Below the pieces are notes generated by a model. It was given only the letters and a program-made list of their open reading frames with translations. It searched no databases and had not been told where the DNA came from. From positions 1 through 42,412 of the forward strand of contig JADIND010000114.1 of NCBI GenBank assembly GCA_017694215.1: a stretch of DNA of 42,412 nucleotides. Reading direction: 5' to 3'. Positions 25,049 through 35,491 of the stretch are shown piece by piece. Positions within the stretch are counted from its first letter, which is position 1; each line of letters begins with the position of its first letter. Position numbers and translations under genes: made by a program. The DNA is from Candidatus Scatousia excrementipullorum. GTDB taxonomy: Bacteria; Cyanobacteriota; Vampirovibrionia; Gastranaerophilales; Gastranaerophilaceae.

Positions 25049-26455
25049 ATGAAAATAACATTAGCACAGGTTAAATACAGAACTGCGGATTTCGTTTTTA
25101 ATTATAATCAAATATTATCGGTATCAGAGAGAGCGGATTCTGACCTTGTAATTTTTCCACAGGCAGGATTGGAAGATACCGGCGGAAAAGATATGCTTTA
25201 TGATGAAAAATGCAATATTGCCCAGTCTGATATGTATGAAAAACTTGCCGAAAAGAATTTTCCTTTTGCAATTCTGATAGGTGATGTGCTGATTAATAAC
25301 GGAGAAGTCGCTCTTTCTACTGACGGATTTTACGAAATTGCTGATAAAAAAGTTTTTGTGGCAGATTTTTTTAATGCGGATGTTGAGTGCGATTTGTATG
25401 TCCTTGCAAAGAACCGTTATTACACAATGAACAGCTATAAAAATTTTGTAGAAAGCATCAACAATAAAACAGATTTCATATTCGTAAGTTCAACAGGTAT
25501 GGCAGATGCCGATATTTATGCGGGCGGAAGTTTTGTAAAAAACAAGAACGGTGTACTTGTTATGCAGATGCCTCTGTGTAAGGACTCCGTTGAAGTTGTG
25601 GATTTTTCTCATTCAATAGATTTTCATGATGTTCCTAAAGAACAGCAGATTATAGATGTGACGACATTTGCACTGAAAGAATACTGTGAATGTGCGGGAT
25701 TTTCAAAGGTTGTTCTGGGGCTTTCCGGCGGTATTGACAGTGCTTTGACTGCGGTTCTTGCCGTTAAGGCTCTCGGTGCGGATAACGTCCTGGGAATACT
25801 TATGCCTAGTATGTTTTCATCAGAAGGCAGCATTACGGACAGTCTTCTTCTTGCTCAAAATCTTGGTCTAGAAACAATAAAAGAACCAATTACCGGATTG
25901 TTTGATACGTTTATGAAAGATAGAGAACGGCTGCACGATTTAGCGGAAGAAAATCTGCAGGCAAGATTAAGGGCATTAATTTTGATGTTTTATTCAAACC
26001 GTGATAACAGATTGCTTCTCTCTACTGGGAACAAGTCCGAAAGTGCAATGGGATTCGGGACTTTATACGGAGATCTGGCAGGCGGGTACAATATGATTTG
26101 CGACCTTACAAAGACTAATGTTTATAAAGTTTCAAATTATATTAATAAAGACGGCGAAATTATTCCGCAGGCGATTATTGATAAAGCTCCGTCAGCGGAA
26201 CTTCATCCGGGGCAGAAAGATCAGGACAGGCTTCCTGAATATGCTGTATTGGATGATATTATTGAGATGTATCTTGAACAGAGTCTTCCGCAGGAAGAAA
26301 TTTATGAAAAATATGACCGGACAATCGTGGATGAAGTTGTAAGGAAAATTTACAGAATGCAATTTAAGCGTCATCAGGGATGCCTCGGGGTAAGACTGAC
26401 AGAAAAAGCGTTTTGCGGTGGTGTAAATCTTCCTGTTGTTCAGAAAATGTACTGA
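25049..26455 (+). CDS. nadE: NAD+ synthase with a short, apparently degenerate N-terminal CN-hydrolase (glutaminase) domain
   Basis: The C-terminal synthetase domain has the SGGIDSA PP-loop and the STGNKSE and AMGFGTLYGD blocks. The N-terminal domain is about 200 aa and has FPQAG where FPE is expected. Confidence 0.88.
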   Translation: MKITLAQVKYRTADFVFNYNQILSVSERADSDLVIFPQAGLEDTGGKDMLYDEKCNIAQSDMYEKLAEKNFPFAILIGDVLINNGEVALSTDGFYEIADKKVFVADFFNADVECDLYVLAKNRYYTMNSYKNFVESINNKTDFIFVSSTGMADADIYAGGSFVKNKNGVLVMQMPLCKDSVEVVDFSHSIDFHDVPKEQQIIDVTTFALKEYCECAGFSKVVLGLSGGIDSALTAVLAVKALGADNVLGILMPSMFSSEGSITDSLLLAQNLGLETIKEPITGLFDTFMKDRERLHDLAEENLQARLRALILMFYSNRDNRLLLSTGNKSESAMGFGTLYGDLAGGYNMICDLTKTNVYKVSNYINKDGEIIPQAIIDKAPSAELHPGQKDQDRLPEYAVLDDIIEMYLEQSLPQEEIYEKYDRTIVDEVVRKIYRMQFKRHQGCLGVRLTEKAFCGGVNLPVVQKMY

Positions 26456-26464
26456 TTCAAAAAT

Positions 26465-29068
26465 TTATATACTGAATCTTAAACCGAACATTAGAGCGAT
26501 ACCGTTTCTGCCGCCGTTACGTATCATTGTTTCGACAAATCCGGTCAATCGTTCTCCCCAGCGTTTTTGAACACCGAGGCCATACTGTACATAAGGTTTA
26601 ACAGATAATTCAGGCAGGTAAACATCATTTGCACGAAATCTGGTATCATCAATAATATTCCATATAAATGATACACTAATATATGGTTGAAGATAGTTTT
26701 TAAAATTTCCGATTAACTTTATCTGAGGTTCAATATGTATCGCATGAAGCGGATCCGCATTATAATCCACTCCCGAAGAAGCCGTGTAATCAAATGTATT
26801 CACAAATGTATAAGACATTAAAAGGCTTGGTTGAATTATAAGCTTTCTATCAAATGTTTCAAAGTTATAACCTGTTTTTTCCGCAATACCCGTATTCAAC
26901 ATGGCAAAATCATCATGCCCGAAATCTGTTGAGGCTTCCGCAACATTTGCTCCGACATTTGCAGTCCATATAGTAAAGAACTTACCTTTATAAAAAGCGG
27001 CATCTGCACCGATTAAACCGCCGTTATTATAAATACTGTTACCGTTAAAAGCCTGATGGGAGCCGTTATATGCCGCATATCCTCCATACAAAGTTTTCCA
27101 TCCGTCTTTTAAATCCACAAGCCCGCTTTCTACACCGATTAAACTCCCGTAACTGACATTTGAAACATCCGGACCGTTTTTCAGTTGAACTTTCTCAAAA
27201 GTAGTATATGGCTTAAACCATACACCGTTTCTTTGTTCAGGCATATATAACGGTGAAAAAGGAATTTGTCCGCCGGCAGAGGCCGTTTTATTTTCAATAT
27301 TAAAACCGAGTCTTGCATCCGGAGGGGCAATCATTACCATATCCAGATTTGAAAACACATTTTTATAAGTCTCTATTTGCGTAAGATATCCTGCAAGCTG
27401 TGCTGCTACAGCAGGAATAAAAACAGAAGAATTAAAGCCCTGACGTGAAAATTCAAAATTACCGTCTCCTGCATTGTAGCTTGAAAAATAATCGTAAATA
27501 GGTGTTTTTATTGTTGTATTGTTATAGCTTACATAATCTTTTAATACTGAATCTGCAAAAGGGATTGAAATATATTGCCCTTCAGGAGTCCCTTCAAGAG
27601 CCAAATTCCTGACAAAGAGCGAGCCGCTGCCCGATAGAGAATCTGCGTTAATTCTGTCCATTGTATTTGTATTAAAATCCACATCGGGATAAATATTTGC
27701 AGTACCGTTAAGATTTAAATTTCCAAAATTAACATTGTTTATCCGGCTGTTTTGCATATTAAAATTTATATTGTTACCGAAATTTGTATTGACCGAATTA
27801 AAGTAACTGGCGTCTGCAAGAAGATTTAAAGTCCCTCCGTTAAAATTAAAAGTACCTGTATAATTTTCGTTCTTCCCTCCGAGATTAAGCGTACCGGAAT
27901 CATTTTTGTTTAAAGTTCCCAAGCCGCTTATGCCGCTTAAAACATTTGTAGTTCCGCCGCCGTTAAAATCAATTATGCCCGTATCCGTATTGTGAATGTC
28001 ATTTAAATCACCGGCTCTGTCATAATTATTTTGAAAGGTTGCATTTTCAATTATAAATTGACCGGAATTATATACGGCTCCGCCGTTTCCCTGCGGAACG
28101 GAAGATATAATAGTATTATCTTCAAGTGTAGAATTTTCAATTGTTAAAGTTCCGTTAGCAGCATTATATATGGCTCCGCCATCCCCGTATAAGGTCGTTT
28201 CAAGATAGTTATCTTTTATTAATGAATTGGTAATTGTAAGATTAGCCGTATTATATATAGCTCCGCCAAAACCTATAGAATTATTTCCGCCCGTTCCGTA
28301 ATTATTAGTAAGAGAACTGTTATTTATAGACATTTCACCGTCATTAAATAATGCTCCGCCGTATGATACAGCATTTCCTGTAGCTTCCGCATAATTTCCG
28401 TCGAAAGTAGTGTTGTTTATTGTAACAATGCCTCTATTATATAAAGCTCCGCCATAAGGAAACAAGCTTCCTGTTGAATAATTATTTTTAAATTCACTGT
28501 TATTTATGGTCATAACAGCAGTATTTCCCGATTGATAACCATTTGCTACGGCTCCGCCATATGAAGCAGCTCCGTTTGTGTAATTGGCTTCAAACAGTGT
28601 ATTATCAATATTAACAGTACCGCCGTTAAGATTATATACGGCACCGCCAACTCCAAAATTTACATTGTTGGCATCAACAAAATTTCCGAAAAAGTCGGAA
28701 TTGTTTATATCTGCACTTCCACCGCTGTTAAATATTGCTCCGGCAAACTTTGAACGATTATACTCCTGTCCCTGACAGTTTCTTATCCCCACTTCATTAA
28801 ACAGGCTGTCCTGGTTAAGTACAAATCCCCCAAATTCATTATCCCCGTAAATATAATGATTATGACCTTCAAAATTAATATCTAAATTGATAAAATGATT
28901 CCCTATCGTTTCGTCCGAAAATAAATCATTTGTAAATTCAATCGTGTCACCGCTTACAGGATTTGAGTCTATTAACTGGGTAAAAGTTGACACCTGTATG
29001 TCATTTGCATTTGCCTTCAAGGCAATGAACATAAAGATAACTAACAAAAATTTTTGACAAAGTTTCAT
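26465..29068 (-). CDS. Autotransporter outer-membrane protein with a Pmp-type (GGA[ILV] / FxxN) repeat passenger
   Basis: Signal peptide (MKLCQKFLLVIFMFIALKANA). Seven GGA[ILV] motifs alternate with F/L-x-x-N motifs. There is an Asn/Gly-rich beta-helix-like passenger and a C-terminal ~280-aa beta-barrel-like domain with alternating hydrophobic residues. Confidence 0.85.
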   Translation of the reverse strand: MKLCQKFLLVIFMFIALKANANDIQVSTFTQLIDSNPVSGDTIEFTNDLFSDETIGNHFINLDINFEGHNHYIYGDNEFGGFVLNQDSLFNEVGIRNCQGQEYNRSKFAGAIFNSGGSADINNSDFFGNFVDANNVNFGVGGAVYNLNGGTVNIDNTLFEANYTNGAASYGGAVANGYQSGNTAVMTINNSEFKNNYSTGSLFPYGGALYNRGIVTINNTTFDGNYAEATGNAVSYGGALFNDGEMSINNSSLTNNYGTGGNNSIGFGGAIYNTANLTITNSLIKDNYLETTLYGDGGAIYNAANGTLTIENSTLEDNTIISSVPQGNGGAVYNSGQFIIENATFQNNYDRAGDLNDIHNTDTGIIDFNGGGTTNVLSGISGLGTLNKNDSGTLNLGGKNENYTGTFNFNGGTLNLLADASYFNSVNTNFGNNINFNMQNSRINNVNFGNLNLNGTANIYPDVDFNTNTMDRINADSLSGSGSLFVRNLALEGTPEGQYISIPFADSVLKDYVSYNNTTIKTPIYDYFSSYNAGDGNFEFSRQGFNSSVFIPAVAAQLAGYLTQIETYKNVFSNLDMVMIAPPDARLGFNIENKTASAGGQIPFSPLYMPEQRNGVWFKPYTTFEKVQLKNGPDVSNVSYGSLIGVESGLVDLKDGWKTLYGGYAAYNGSHQAFNGNSIYNNGGLIGADAAFYKGKFFTIWTANVGANVAEASTDFGHDDFAMLNTGIAEKTGYNFETFDRKLIIQPSLLMSYTFVNTFDYTASSGVDYNADPLHAIHIEPQIKLIGNFKNYLQPYISVSFIWNIIDDTRFRANDVYLPELSVKPYVQYGLGVQKRWGERLTGFVETMIRNGGRNGIALMFGLRFSI

Positions 29069-29230
29069 AAAAATATTTTATTTTTTTATTGATAAGTTGA
29101 TATTAACCGTATGACCAGTCTTTCATGCATATTTTAGTTATCTGAAAGACGAATTGACATATATAATTTTTTTTGCATTAAAGTTGATATAGAGAATTAG
29201 AAATGAATAAAAATTTAGGAGAAAAGGATT

Positions 29231-30886
29231 ATGCGTACTGTAATTGTCGGCGGAGGAGCATGCGGAGCAAGCTGTGCCGCAAGGTTAAGAAGGCTGGATG
29301 AGACTGCGGAAATTATTATTCTGGAAGCAACGGATGAGATTTCAATAGCAAATTGCGGACTGCCTTATTACTGTTCAGACGTAATTAACGGAAGAGATAA
29401 GATGATTGTTGCAAAACCTGACACATTTAAAAATCTTCTGAATGTAGAAGTACGTTTTAATTCAAAAGTCACTGCAATTAATAAAAATAAAAAGACTGTA
29501 ACCGTTAATCATGATTACGAATTAAGTTATGACAATCTTGTGCTTGCACCGGGGGCAAGTCCTGTAAAACCACCGATTCCGGGTATTGATAATAAAAAGA
29601 TTTTTACTGTACGCACACTTCGTGACGCGGATATGATAAAAATGCATATCAAATCCGCAAATGCAAAAAATGCTGTAGTAATTGGCGGAGGGTTTATCGG
29701 CGTTGAAATGGCGGAAAATCTTGTGACAATGGGGCTTAAGACAACGGTGGTTGAAGCGGCTTCACAGATTCTTGCCCCGTTTGATAAAGATATGATGGCT
29801 CTTGCCCATAACGAAATGAGAGATAAAGGATGCAAATTAATCTTTAATGACGGAGTAAAAGCATTTACCGAAAACGAAATAGAACTTGCTTCCGGAAGAC
29901 ATATTCCTTACGATATTGCAATTCTCGGAATCGGCGTTCAGCCTGACACACAAATAGTTAAAGAAGCAGACTTGGAAACAGGATTGAACGGACTTATAAA
30001 AGTAAATGAATTTTTACAAACCTCGGATGAAAATATATGGGCAGGCGGTGATGCGGTTGAAGATATAGATTTTGTAACAGGCAAATCCGCAATGATACCG
30101 ATGGCCGGCCCTGCAAACAGACATGGCAGGCTGATTGCAGATAATATTACTGCCGCAGCCGCAGGAAAAGAAAAAACTTCGTTTAAACCGGTTCTCGGAA
30201 CTTCAGTTGCTAAAATATTCAACAAAACATTTGCGTGCAGCGGTAAAAATGAAAAACAGCTTATTAAAGAAGGTATCAAATACATCAAAAATATTACACA
30301 AACAAATGACCATGCAGGTTACTATCCGAATGCAAGACCTTTATATGTAAAATTGTTATTTACCGAGGAAGGAAAAATCCTCGGAGTTCAAGCAGCCGGA
30401 TACGAAGGCGTAGAAAAAAGAGTTGATGTTATTGCCACAGTTATGAGATTGAACGGTAACATACAGGATTTGATAGATGCTGAACTTTCTTATGCTCCGC
30501 CGTATTCAAGTGCTAAAGATCCCGTCAATATTGCAGGTATGTCCGCTCAAAACATTCTTGACGGACTATATAAACCTGCATTTTTTGAAGATGTAAAAGA
30601 TTCCCTGCTTATTGATGTCAGAGTCGAAGAAATGTTTAATACTAAAACAATAGACGGGGCAATTTCTGTTCCGGCGGTTCAGATGAGAAAAAGATTCAAT
30701 GAAATTCCGCGGGATAAAAAGGTCGTGCTATTTTGTAACAGAGGCTTTACAAGCTATGTTGCAATAAGAATCCTAAACCAGCTTGGTTTCAATAATCTTT
30801 ACTCATTGTGCGGAGGAATTAATCTGTATTCGGAAATACTTAAAGATAAAAAAGCAGACAGAACCGATGAAAAATTGCCTGTTTGA
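29231..30886 (+). CDS. CoA-disulfide reductase family flavoprotein with a C-terminal rhodanese domain
   Basis: VIVGGGACGAS FAD motif, redox-active Cys in SIANCGLPYY, second GGGFIGVE dinucleotide motif, and a C-terminal rhodanese loop FCNRGFTS. Confidence 0.88.
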   Translation: MRTVIVGGGACGASCAARLRRLDETAEIIILEATDEISIANCGLPYYCSDVINGRDKMIVAKPDTFKNLLNVEVRFNSKVTAINKNKKTVTVNHDYELSYDNLVLAPGASPVKPPIPGIDNKKIFTVRTLRDADMIKMHIKSANAKNAVVIGGGFIGVEMAENLVTMGLKTTVVEAASQILAPFDKDMMALAHNEMRDKGCKLIFNDGVKAFTENEIELASGRHIPYDIAILGIGVQPDTQIVKEADLETGLNGLIKVNEFLQTSDENIWAGGDAVEDIDFVTGKSAMIPMAGPANRHGRLIADNITAAAAGKEKTSFKPVLGTSVAKIFNKTFACSGKNEKQLIKEGIKYIKNITQTNDHAGYYPNARPLYVKLLFTEEGKILGVQAAGYEGVEKRVDVIATVMRLNGNIQDLIDAELSYAPPYSSAKDPVNIAGMSAQNILDGLYKPAFFEDVKDSLLIDVRVEEMFNTKTIDGAISVPAVQMRKRFNEIPRDKKVVLFCNRGFTSYVAIRILNQLGFNNLYSLCGGINLYSEILKDKKADRTDEKLPV

Positions 30887-30966
30887 TTTTTGTCTTTCGG
30901 GATTGGATTTCAGTAAAATATGAGTTATCATGTAATTAAAAGAGTTAATATTAAGGGACAAATGTT

Positions 30967-31773
30967 ATGAAATCAGTTAAAGAACTTGCAACGGAAAATA
31001 AAATTCAGGAAAGATTAAAAAACAATCCTGTTTGTTTGCAGCTTGTAAATTATCTATTTGCGGATGACGAACTGCAAGAAATGCAGGATTATGCAAACAA
31101 TGTATCTATAAGACGCCTCGGCTTTAACGATCACGGCCCTGTTCATATGCGGCAGGTTGTGGGTAATGCCATCAAAATGCTTAATATTCTTCATGATTCC
31201 GGAATAAAAACTTCACTCGAACAGGAAGAAGTCGGCACTTTTGAAGACAGTATGTGTGCTGTAATTCTTGCAGGTTTAATGCATGATTTGGGTATGTCAA
31301 TCGGACGTCAGGCTCATGAAGAAATGTCTGTTTTGCTTGCCAAACCTATTATTGAAAGAGCCCTGCTGCATGTATTTCCGGACAACCTTCATAAACGCGT
31401 AATTATCCGCTCCGTTGCAATGGAAGCTATAATAGGTCATATGTCATCCAGAAAAATCCACTCAATCGAGGCCGGAATTCTTCTTGTTGCTGACGGCTGT
31501 GACATGACTAAAGGAAGAGCACGAATTCCTCTTTCTATAAATACAGCCCCGAAAGTCGGAGATATTCATAAATATTCTGCTAATGCCATTAATCGTATCG
31601 GGATTCACCACGGAGAAAGAAAACCTATTAAAATTGATATTGAAATGTCCGGAGATGTCGGATTTTTCCAGATTGAAGAAGTCCTGCTTACAAAAATTGA
31701 CTCCAGCCCCGCAAAACAATATATTGAACTATATGCCGGTGTAACCGGTCAGGAACGCAAATGTTATCTCTAA
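30967..31773 (+). CDS. HD-domain metal-dependent phosphohydrolase
   Basis: HGPVHMRQV ... LMHDLGM gives the H..HD motif. AAGGGA RBS. Confidence 0.75.
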   Translation: MKSVKELATENKIQERLKNNPVCLQLVNYLFADDELQEMQDYANNVSIRRLGFNDHGPVHMRQVVGNAIKMLNILHDSGIKTSLEQEEVGTFEDSMCAVILAGLMHDLGMSIGRQAHEEMSVLLAKPIIERALLHVFPDNLHKRVIIRSVAMEAIIGHMSSRKIHSIEAGILLVADGCDMTKGRARIPLSINTAPKVGDIHKYSANAINRIGIHHGERKPIKIDIEMSGDVGFFQIEEVLLTKIDSSPAKQYIELYAGVTGQERKCYL

Positions 31774-31831
31774 AAATTTTTCTCTGAATTTATTTGCATA
31801 TCTGAATTTAAAGTAATATAATAGTAAGGCT

Positions 31832-32953
31832 ATGAAAAATATCAGACAAACCAAAGTAAATATCTTGAGAGACTCATGGGTAGAGATTAATATAGAAAAC
31901 CTTGCACATAACGCAAAAGAATTCCGAAAACATGTTCCTGCAGACACAAAACTTCTTGCTGTCGTAAAAGCTGACGCATACGGTCACGGCTCCGTCATGC
32001 TGGCTCCTACACTTCTTGCTTCGGGCTTTGATATGCTGGGCGTTGCTTCTATTGATGAAGGTGTTGATTTAAGGAATGCCAAAATAAATTGTGACATTCT
32101 GGTTCTCGGGGCAGTTCCTGTCTGGGCAGTGGAAAGTGCAGTACAGGCAGATTTATCCATAGCTATTTTTTCTAAAGAACATCTTACTGCCTGTAAAAAT
32201 GCCTTTGAAAGAACTGGGACAAAGCCAAAAGTTCACATAAAATTAGATACCGGAATGAACCGAATAGGAGTTTCATTTGAAGATGCCGTTGAGTTCATAA
32301 AGGAGGCACAAAAAGCCGATTATCTTGATTTACAGGGAATATTCACCCACTTTGCAAATGCGGAAAACCGTGAAAAAACTCAAATGCAAATTGATAAATG
32401 GAATTCCGTTCTATCGCAGATTGACACAACCGGACTGCTGCTCCATATCCAGAATACGGTCGGAACAATGTGTTATAATGTGCCGAAATCAAACATGCGT
32501 CGGGTAGGAATAGCACTATACGGGTTATTAACCGATTTACCTGATAATAATGGATTTCACCCTGATTTAAGACCGGTAATGTCATTAAAAGGACGTATAG
32601 TGAATATTCATACCGCAAAAGACGGAGAAGGTGTAAGTTATTGCCATACATATACGGCAAAAGGCAACAGAAAAATTGCAACAATTCCGATAGGTTATGC
32701 TGACGGGGTTTCAAGAGGGCTGTCAAATAAGATTTCAGGAACACTTAACGGTCAACAGGTGCCGCAGGTCGGAAACATTACCATGGATCAGATGATGTTT
32801 GATATCACAGGAGTTGATGCTCAAATCGGAGATATCATAAGCCTTATTGACGATAAAAATACAATCGACAACTGGGCACAAATTCTCGGAACAATTAATT
32901 ATGAATTAACCTGCCGTTTGAAAGTAAGACTTCCAAGAGTTTACACAAGATAA
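31832..32953 (+). CDS. alr: Alanine racemase
   Basis: AVVKADAYGHG PLP-lysine motif, full length of 373 aa, and the C-terminal YELTCRL block. Confidence 0.93.
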   Translation: MKNIRQTKVNILRDSWVEINIENLAHNAKEFRKHVPADTKLLAVVKADAYGHGSVMLAPTLLASGFDMLGVASIDEGVDLRNAKINCDILVLGAVPVWAVESAVQADLSIAIFSKEHLTACKNAFERTGTKPKVHIKLDTGMNRIGVSFEDAVEFIKEAQKADYLDLQGIFTHFANAENREKTQMQIDKWNSVLSQIDTTGLLLHIQNTVGTMCYNVPKSNMRRVGIALYGLLTDLPDNNGFHPDLRPVMSLKGRIVNIHTAKDGEGVSYCHTYTAKGNRKIATIPIGYADGVSRGLSNKISGTLNGQQVPQVGNITMDQMMFDITGVDAQIGDIISLIDDKNTIDNWAQILGTINYELTCRLKVRLPRVYTR

Positions 32954-32969
32954 TACGGAGAGAACATCC

Positions 32970-34199
32970 ATGTATGATTTAGGAATTATAGGCGGAGGAC
33001 CTGCAGGATATACAGCAGCACTTCATGCAGGCACAAAAGGACAGAAAGTCATTTTGTTTGAAAAAGATAAAGTTGGCGGAACCTGTCTCAACAGAGGCTG
33101 TATTCCGACAAAAGCCATCCTGCATTCGGCAGAATTATATGAAGAAATTAAAAATTCCGAATCACTTGGAATTCATGCAGATAATGTAACTTTTGACTTT
33201 GCAGAAGTTATGGAACATAAAAATCTTGTTGTTGAAAAATTAAGAAAAGGTCTTGAACTCTCGCTCAAAAACCGTAAAGTTGAAGTTTTAAATACAGAAG
33301 CACGACTTTTATCAGAACATAAAATTGAAGCTGACGGACAGATTTTCGAATGTAAAAAAATCATTATCGCAACAGGTTCAGAACCAAAAAATTTTAATGG
33401 AATGGAACGTGACGGGATATTTGTGCTGAATTCCGATGATATATTAAATCTGTCAAAACTCCCGAAAAATATTGTTATTGTAGGCTCAGGAGCAATAGGA
33501 ATTGAATGGGCGAGAATTTTTTCTGCATTTGAAACTGATGTAACAATCATTGAAGCTGCAGATTATCTTCTGCCTGCTGCCGATATTGATGTTTCAAAAA
33601 GAATTGAGCGTATTTTTAAATCCGGAAAAATTAAGATATATAAATCAAACGGTGTTGAGAAAATCAAAGATAAAAAGGTTTATCTTACAGACGGAGAAAT
33701 TCTTGAGCCTGAAATGGTTCTTGTTGCAATCGGCAGAGAAGTTTGCAGAATCGACAACAGCGGTTCAGTAACATGTATAGGTGATGTCTGCGGAGAAATC
33801 CAGCTTGCCCATTACGCCTCCAAACAGGCTGTAGAATGTGTTGACGGAATAGAGTTCAATAAGGAATTTGTGCCGTTTGTAGTTTACGGGAACCCGGAAA
33901 TCGCCTGGGCAGGAAAACGAGAGCAGGATTTAGAAGAAGGTACTTACAAAAAATCCGTACTTTTAATATCTGCACTCGGAAAATCGCACTGCGACAATGC
34001 AACAGAAGGTTTTATAAAAATTCTTTCTCAAAATGATGAAATTGTCGGTATTCATATAGTATCAAAAGAAGCCTCCGCAATGCTGCAGCAGGTAATTATT
34101 GCAATGCAAAACAAAATCTCCGTCAGCAAGCTGAAAGAGATTTGTTTTGCCCATCCGACATATTCGGAAGGAATATTTGAATGTCTTTTCGGCCTGTAA
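32970..34199 (+). CDS. Dihydrolipoyl dehydrogenase-like pyridine nucleotide-disulfide oxidoreductase (short, 409 aa)
   Basis: GGGPAGYTAA, the redox disulfide GGTCLNRGCIPTK, a second GSGAIGIE motif, and the C-terminal interface motif AHPTYSE. Confidence 0.82.
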   Translation: MYDLGIIGGGPAGYTAALHAGTKGQKVILFEKDKVGGTCLNRGCIPTKAILHSAELYEEIKNSESLGIHADNVTFDFAEVMEHKNLVVEKLRKGLELSLKNRKVEVLNTEARLLSEHKIEADGQIFECKKIIIATGSEPKNFNGMERDGIFVLNSDDILNLSKLPKNIVIVGSGAIGIEWARIFSAFETDVTIIEAADYLLPAADIDVSKRIERIFKSGKIKIYKSNGVEKIKDKKVYLTDGEILEPEMVLVAIGREVCRIDNSGSVTCIGDVCGEIQLAHYASKQAVECVDGIEFNKEFVPFVVYGNPEIAWAGKREQDLEEGTYKKSVLLISALGKSHCDNATEGFIKILSQNDEIVGIHIVSKEASAMLQQVIIAMQNKISVSKLKEICFAHPTYSEGIFECLFGL

Positions 34200-34544
34200 T
34201 TACCAGCGTCCTGTAGAACCGTTATTAGAAAATCCGGTTCCGAATTTTACACCGCCGTGGTTGTAATATTTATCCTGTCGTGTCCGGAAAGTTGATTCGT
34301 GTCCGGCCTTGTATCTTTTTTCATAGGATGATTCATTCGTAACAGTTGTCTGATTTTGTTCTCTTAAATTTTGTGTTTTCATTGTTTGAACGTAGGGATC
34401 TTCACTGTAATAATTTGTATTACTTTTTCCGTACCAGTCATTATGTCCTGTTGCATCCTGCGGGGTTGTGTAAATCATCGTTCCTCCTGCAAATACAGCA
34501 GGGGCGAATGCTAATATGCAGAATAAAATTAAAATATTTTTCAT
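34200..34544 (-). CDS. Small secreted hypothetical protein
   Basis: Signal peptide MKNILILFCILAFAPAVFA followed by a polar Asn/Thr/Tyr-rich mature part. Its stop codon abuts the stop of the lpd-like gene. Confidence 0.6.
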   Translation of the reverse strand: MKNILILFCILAFAPAVFAGGTMIYTTPQDATGHNDWYGKSNTNYYSEDPYVQTMKTQNLREQNQTTVTNESSYEKRYKAGHESTFRTRQDKYYNHGGVKFGTGFSNNGSTGRW

Positions 34545-34639
34545 AAGTTACTCCTTTTTGCTTTCGACTATACCTATATTATAATTATATTTTCAAATAA
34601 ATGCAATCCTTTTGTAACGTTTAGTGTATAATTACTAAT

Positions 34640-35482
34640 ATGAAAGAACGACTTCCCGACTATTTAAAACGCCCGATAATTGATACGGACACAACAAGAA
34701 ATGTAAGAAGAATTTTAAAAAACCGTTGTCTGAATACGGTTTGCGAAAATGCGAGATGTCCGAACAAAAATGAGTGTTATACAAAGAATACTGCAACCTT
34801 TCTGATTATGGGAAATATCTGTACCAGAAACTGCCGTTACTGTAATATCGGATGTGAAAAACCGCAGCCGCTTGATAAAGATGAACCTTTACACATTGCT
34901 CAAGCTGTAAAAGATTTAGGATTAAAATACGCAGTCATAACTTCTGTCACTAGAGATGACCTGCCGGATGGCGGTGCCGCTCATTTTGCACAATGTATTG
35001 AAAAAATCAGAAAACTTGCACCTGATGTAAAAATAGAAATTCTTACTCCCGATTTTAAAGGAGATAAAGATTCTCTTAATACAATAATTAATGCCCGTCC
35101 GGATGTATTTAACCACAACATAGAAACCGTCCGGTCAATTTTTAAAACCGCAAGACCTCAAGGAAATTACGACACATCGCTCGATGTGCTTAAATACATT
35201 AAAGATAACAGCAACATTGTTACAAAATCGGGTCTTATGGTCGGACTCGGCGAAACTTATGAAGATATTGAACAGACATTATCTGATTTAAAAAATTCAG
35301 GCTGTGACATTGTAACAATAGGTCAATACATTCAACCGTCTAAACAGCACCTTCCGGTTGCAAAATATTATACCCCTGAAGAATTCAAAGAACTGGAAAA
35401 ACTTGCGGAAAAATGCGGAATATTTCATTATCAAATAGCCCCGCTGGTCAGAAGTTCATATCGTGCGGCGGAACTTGTTTAA
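34640..35482 (+). CDS. lipA: Lipoyl synthase
   Basis: Radical-SAM cluster CTRNCRYCN plus the N-terminal auxiliary cysteines (CENARCPNKNEC). Confidence 0.93.
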   Translation: MKERLPDYLKRPIIDTDTTRNVRRILKNRCLNTVCENARCPNKNECYTKNTATFLIMGNICTRNCRYCNIGCEKPQPLDKDEPLHIAQAVKDLGLKYAVITSVTRDDLPDGGAAHFAQCIEKIRKLAPDVKIEILTPDFKGDKDSLNTIINARPDVFNHNIETVRSIFKTARPQGNYDTSLDVLKYIKDNSNIVTKSGLMVGLGETYEDIEQTLSDLKNSGCDIVTIGQYIQPSKQHLPVAKYYTPEEFKELEKLAEKCGIFHYQIAPLVRSSYRAAELV

Positions 35483-35491
35483 GGAGTAAAA

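Noticed and set aside
29094-29190. Direct repeat AAGTTGATAT (29094-29103 and 29181-29190) and hairpin GTCTTTCA/TGAAAGAC (29118-29150) as operator sites for the CoA-disulfide reductase gene
   Set aside because: A single 10-mer repeat and an 8-bp AT-rich stem in an AT-rich spacer are within chance expectation. There is no supporting regulator gene nearby.
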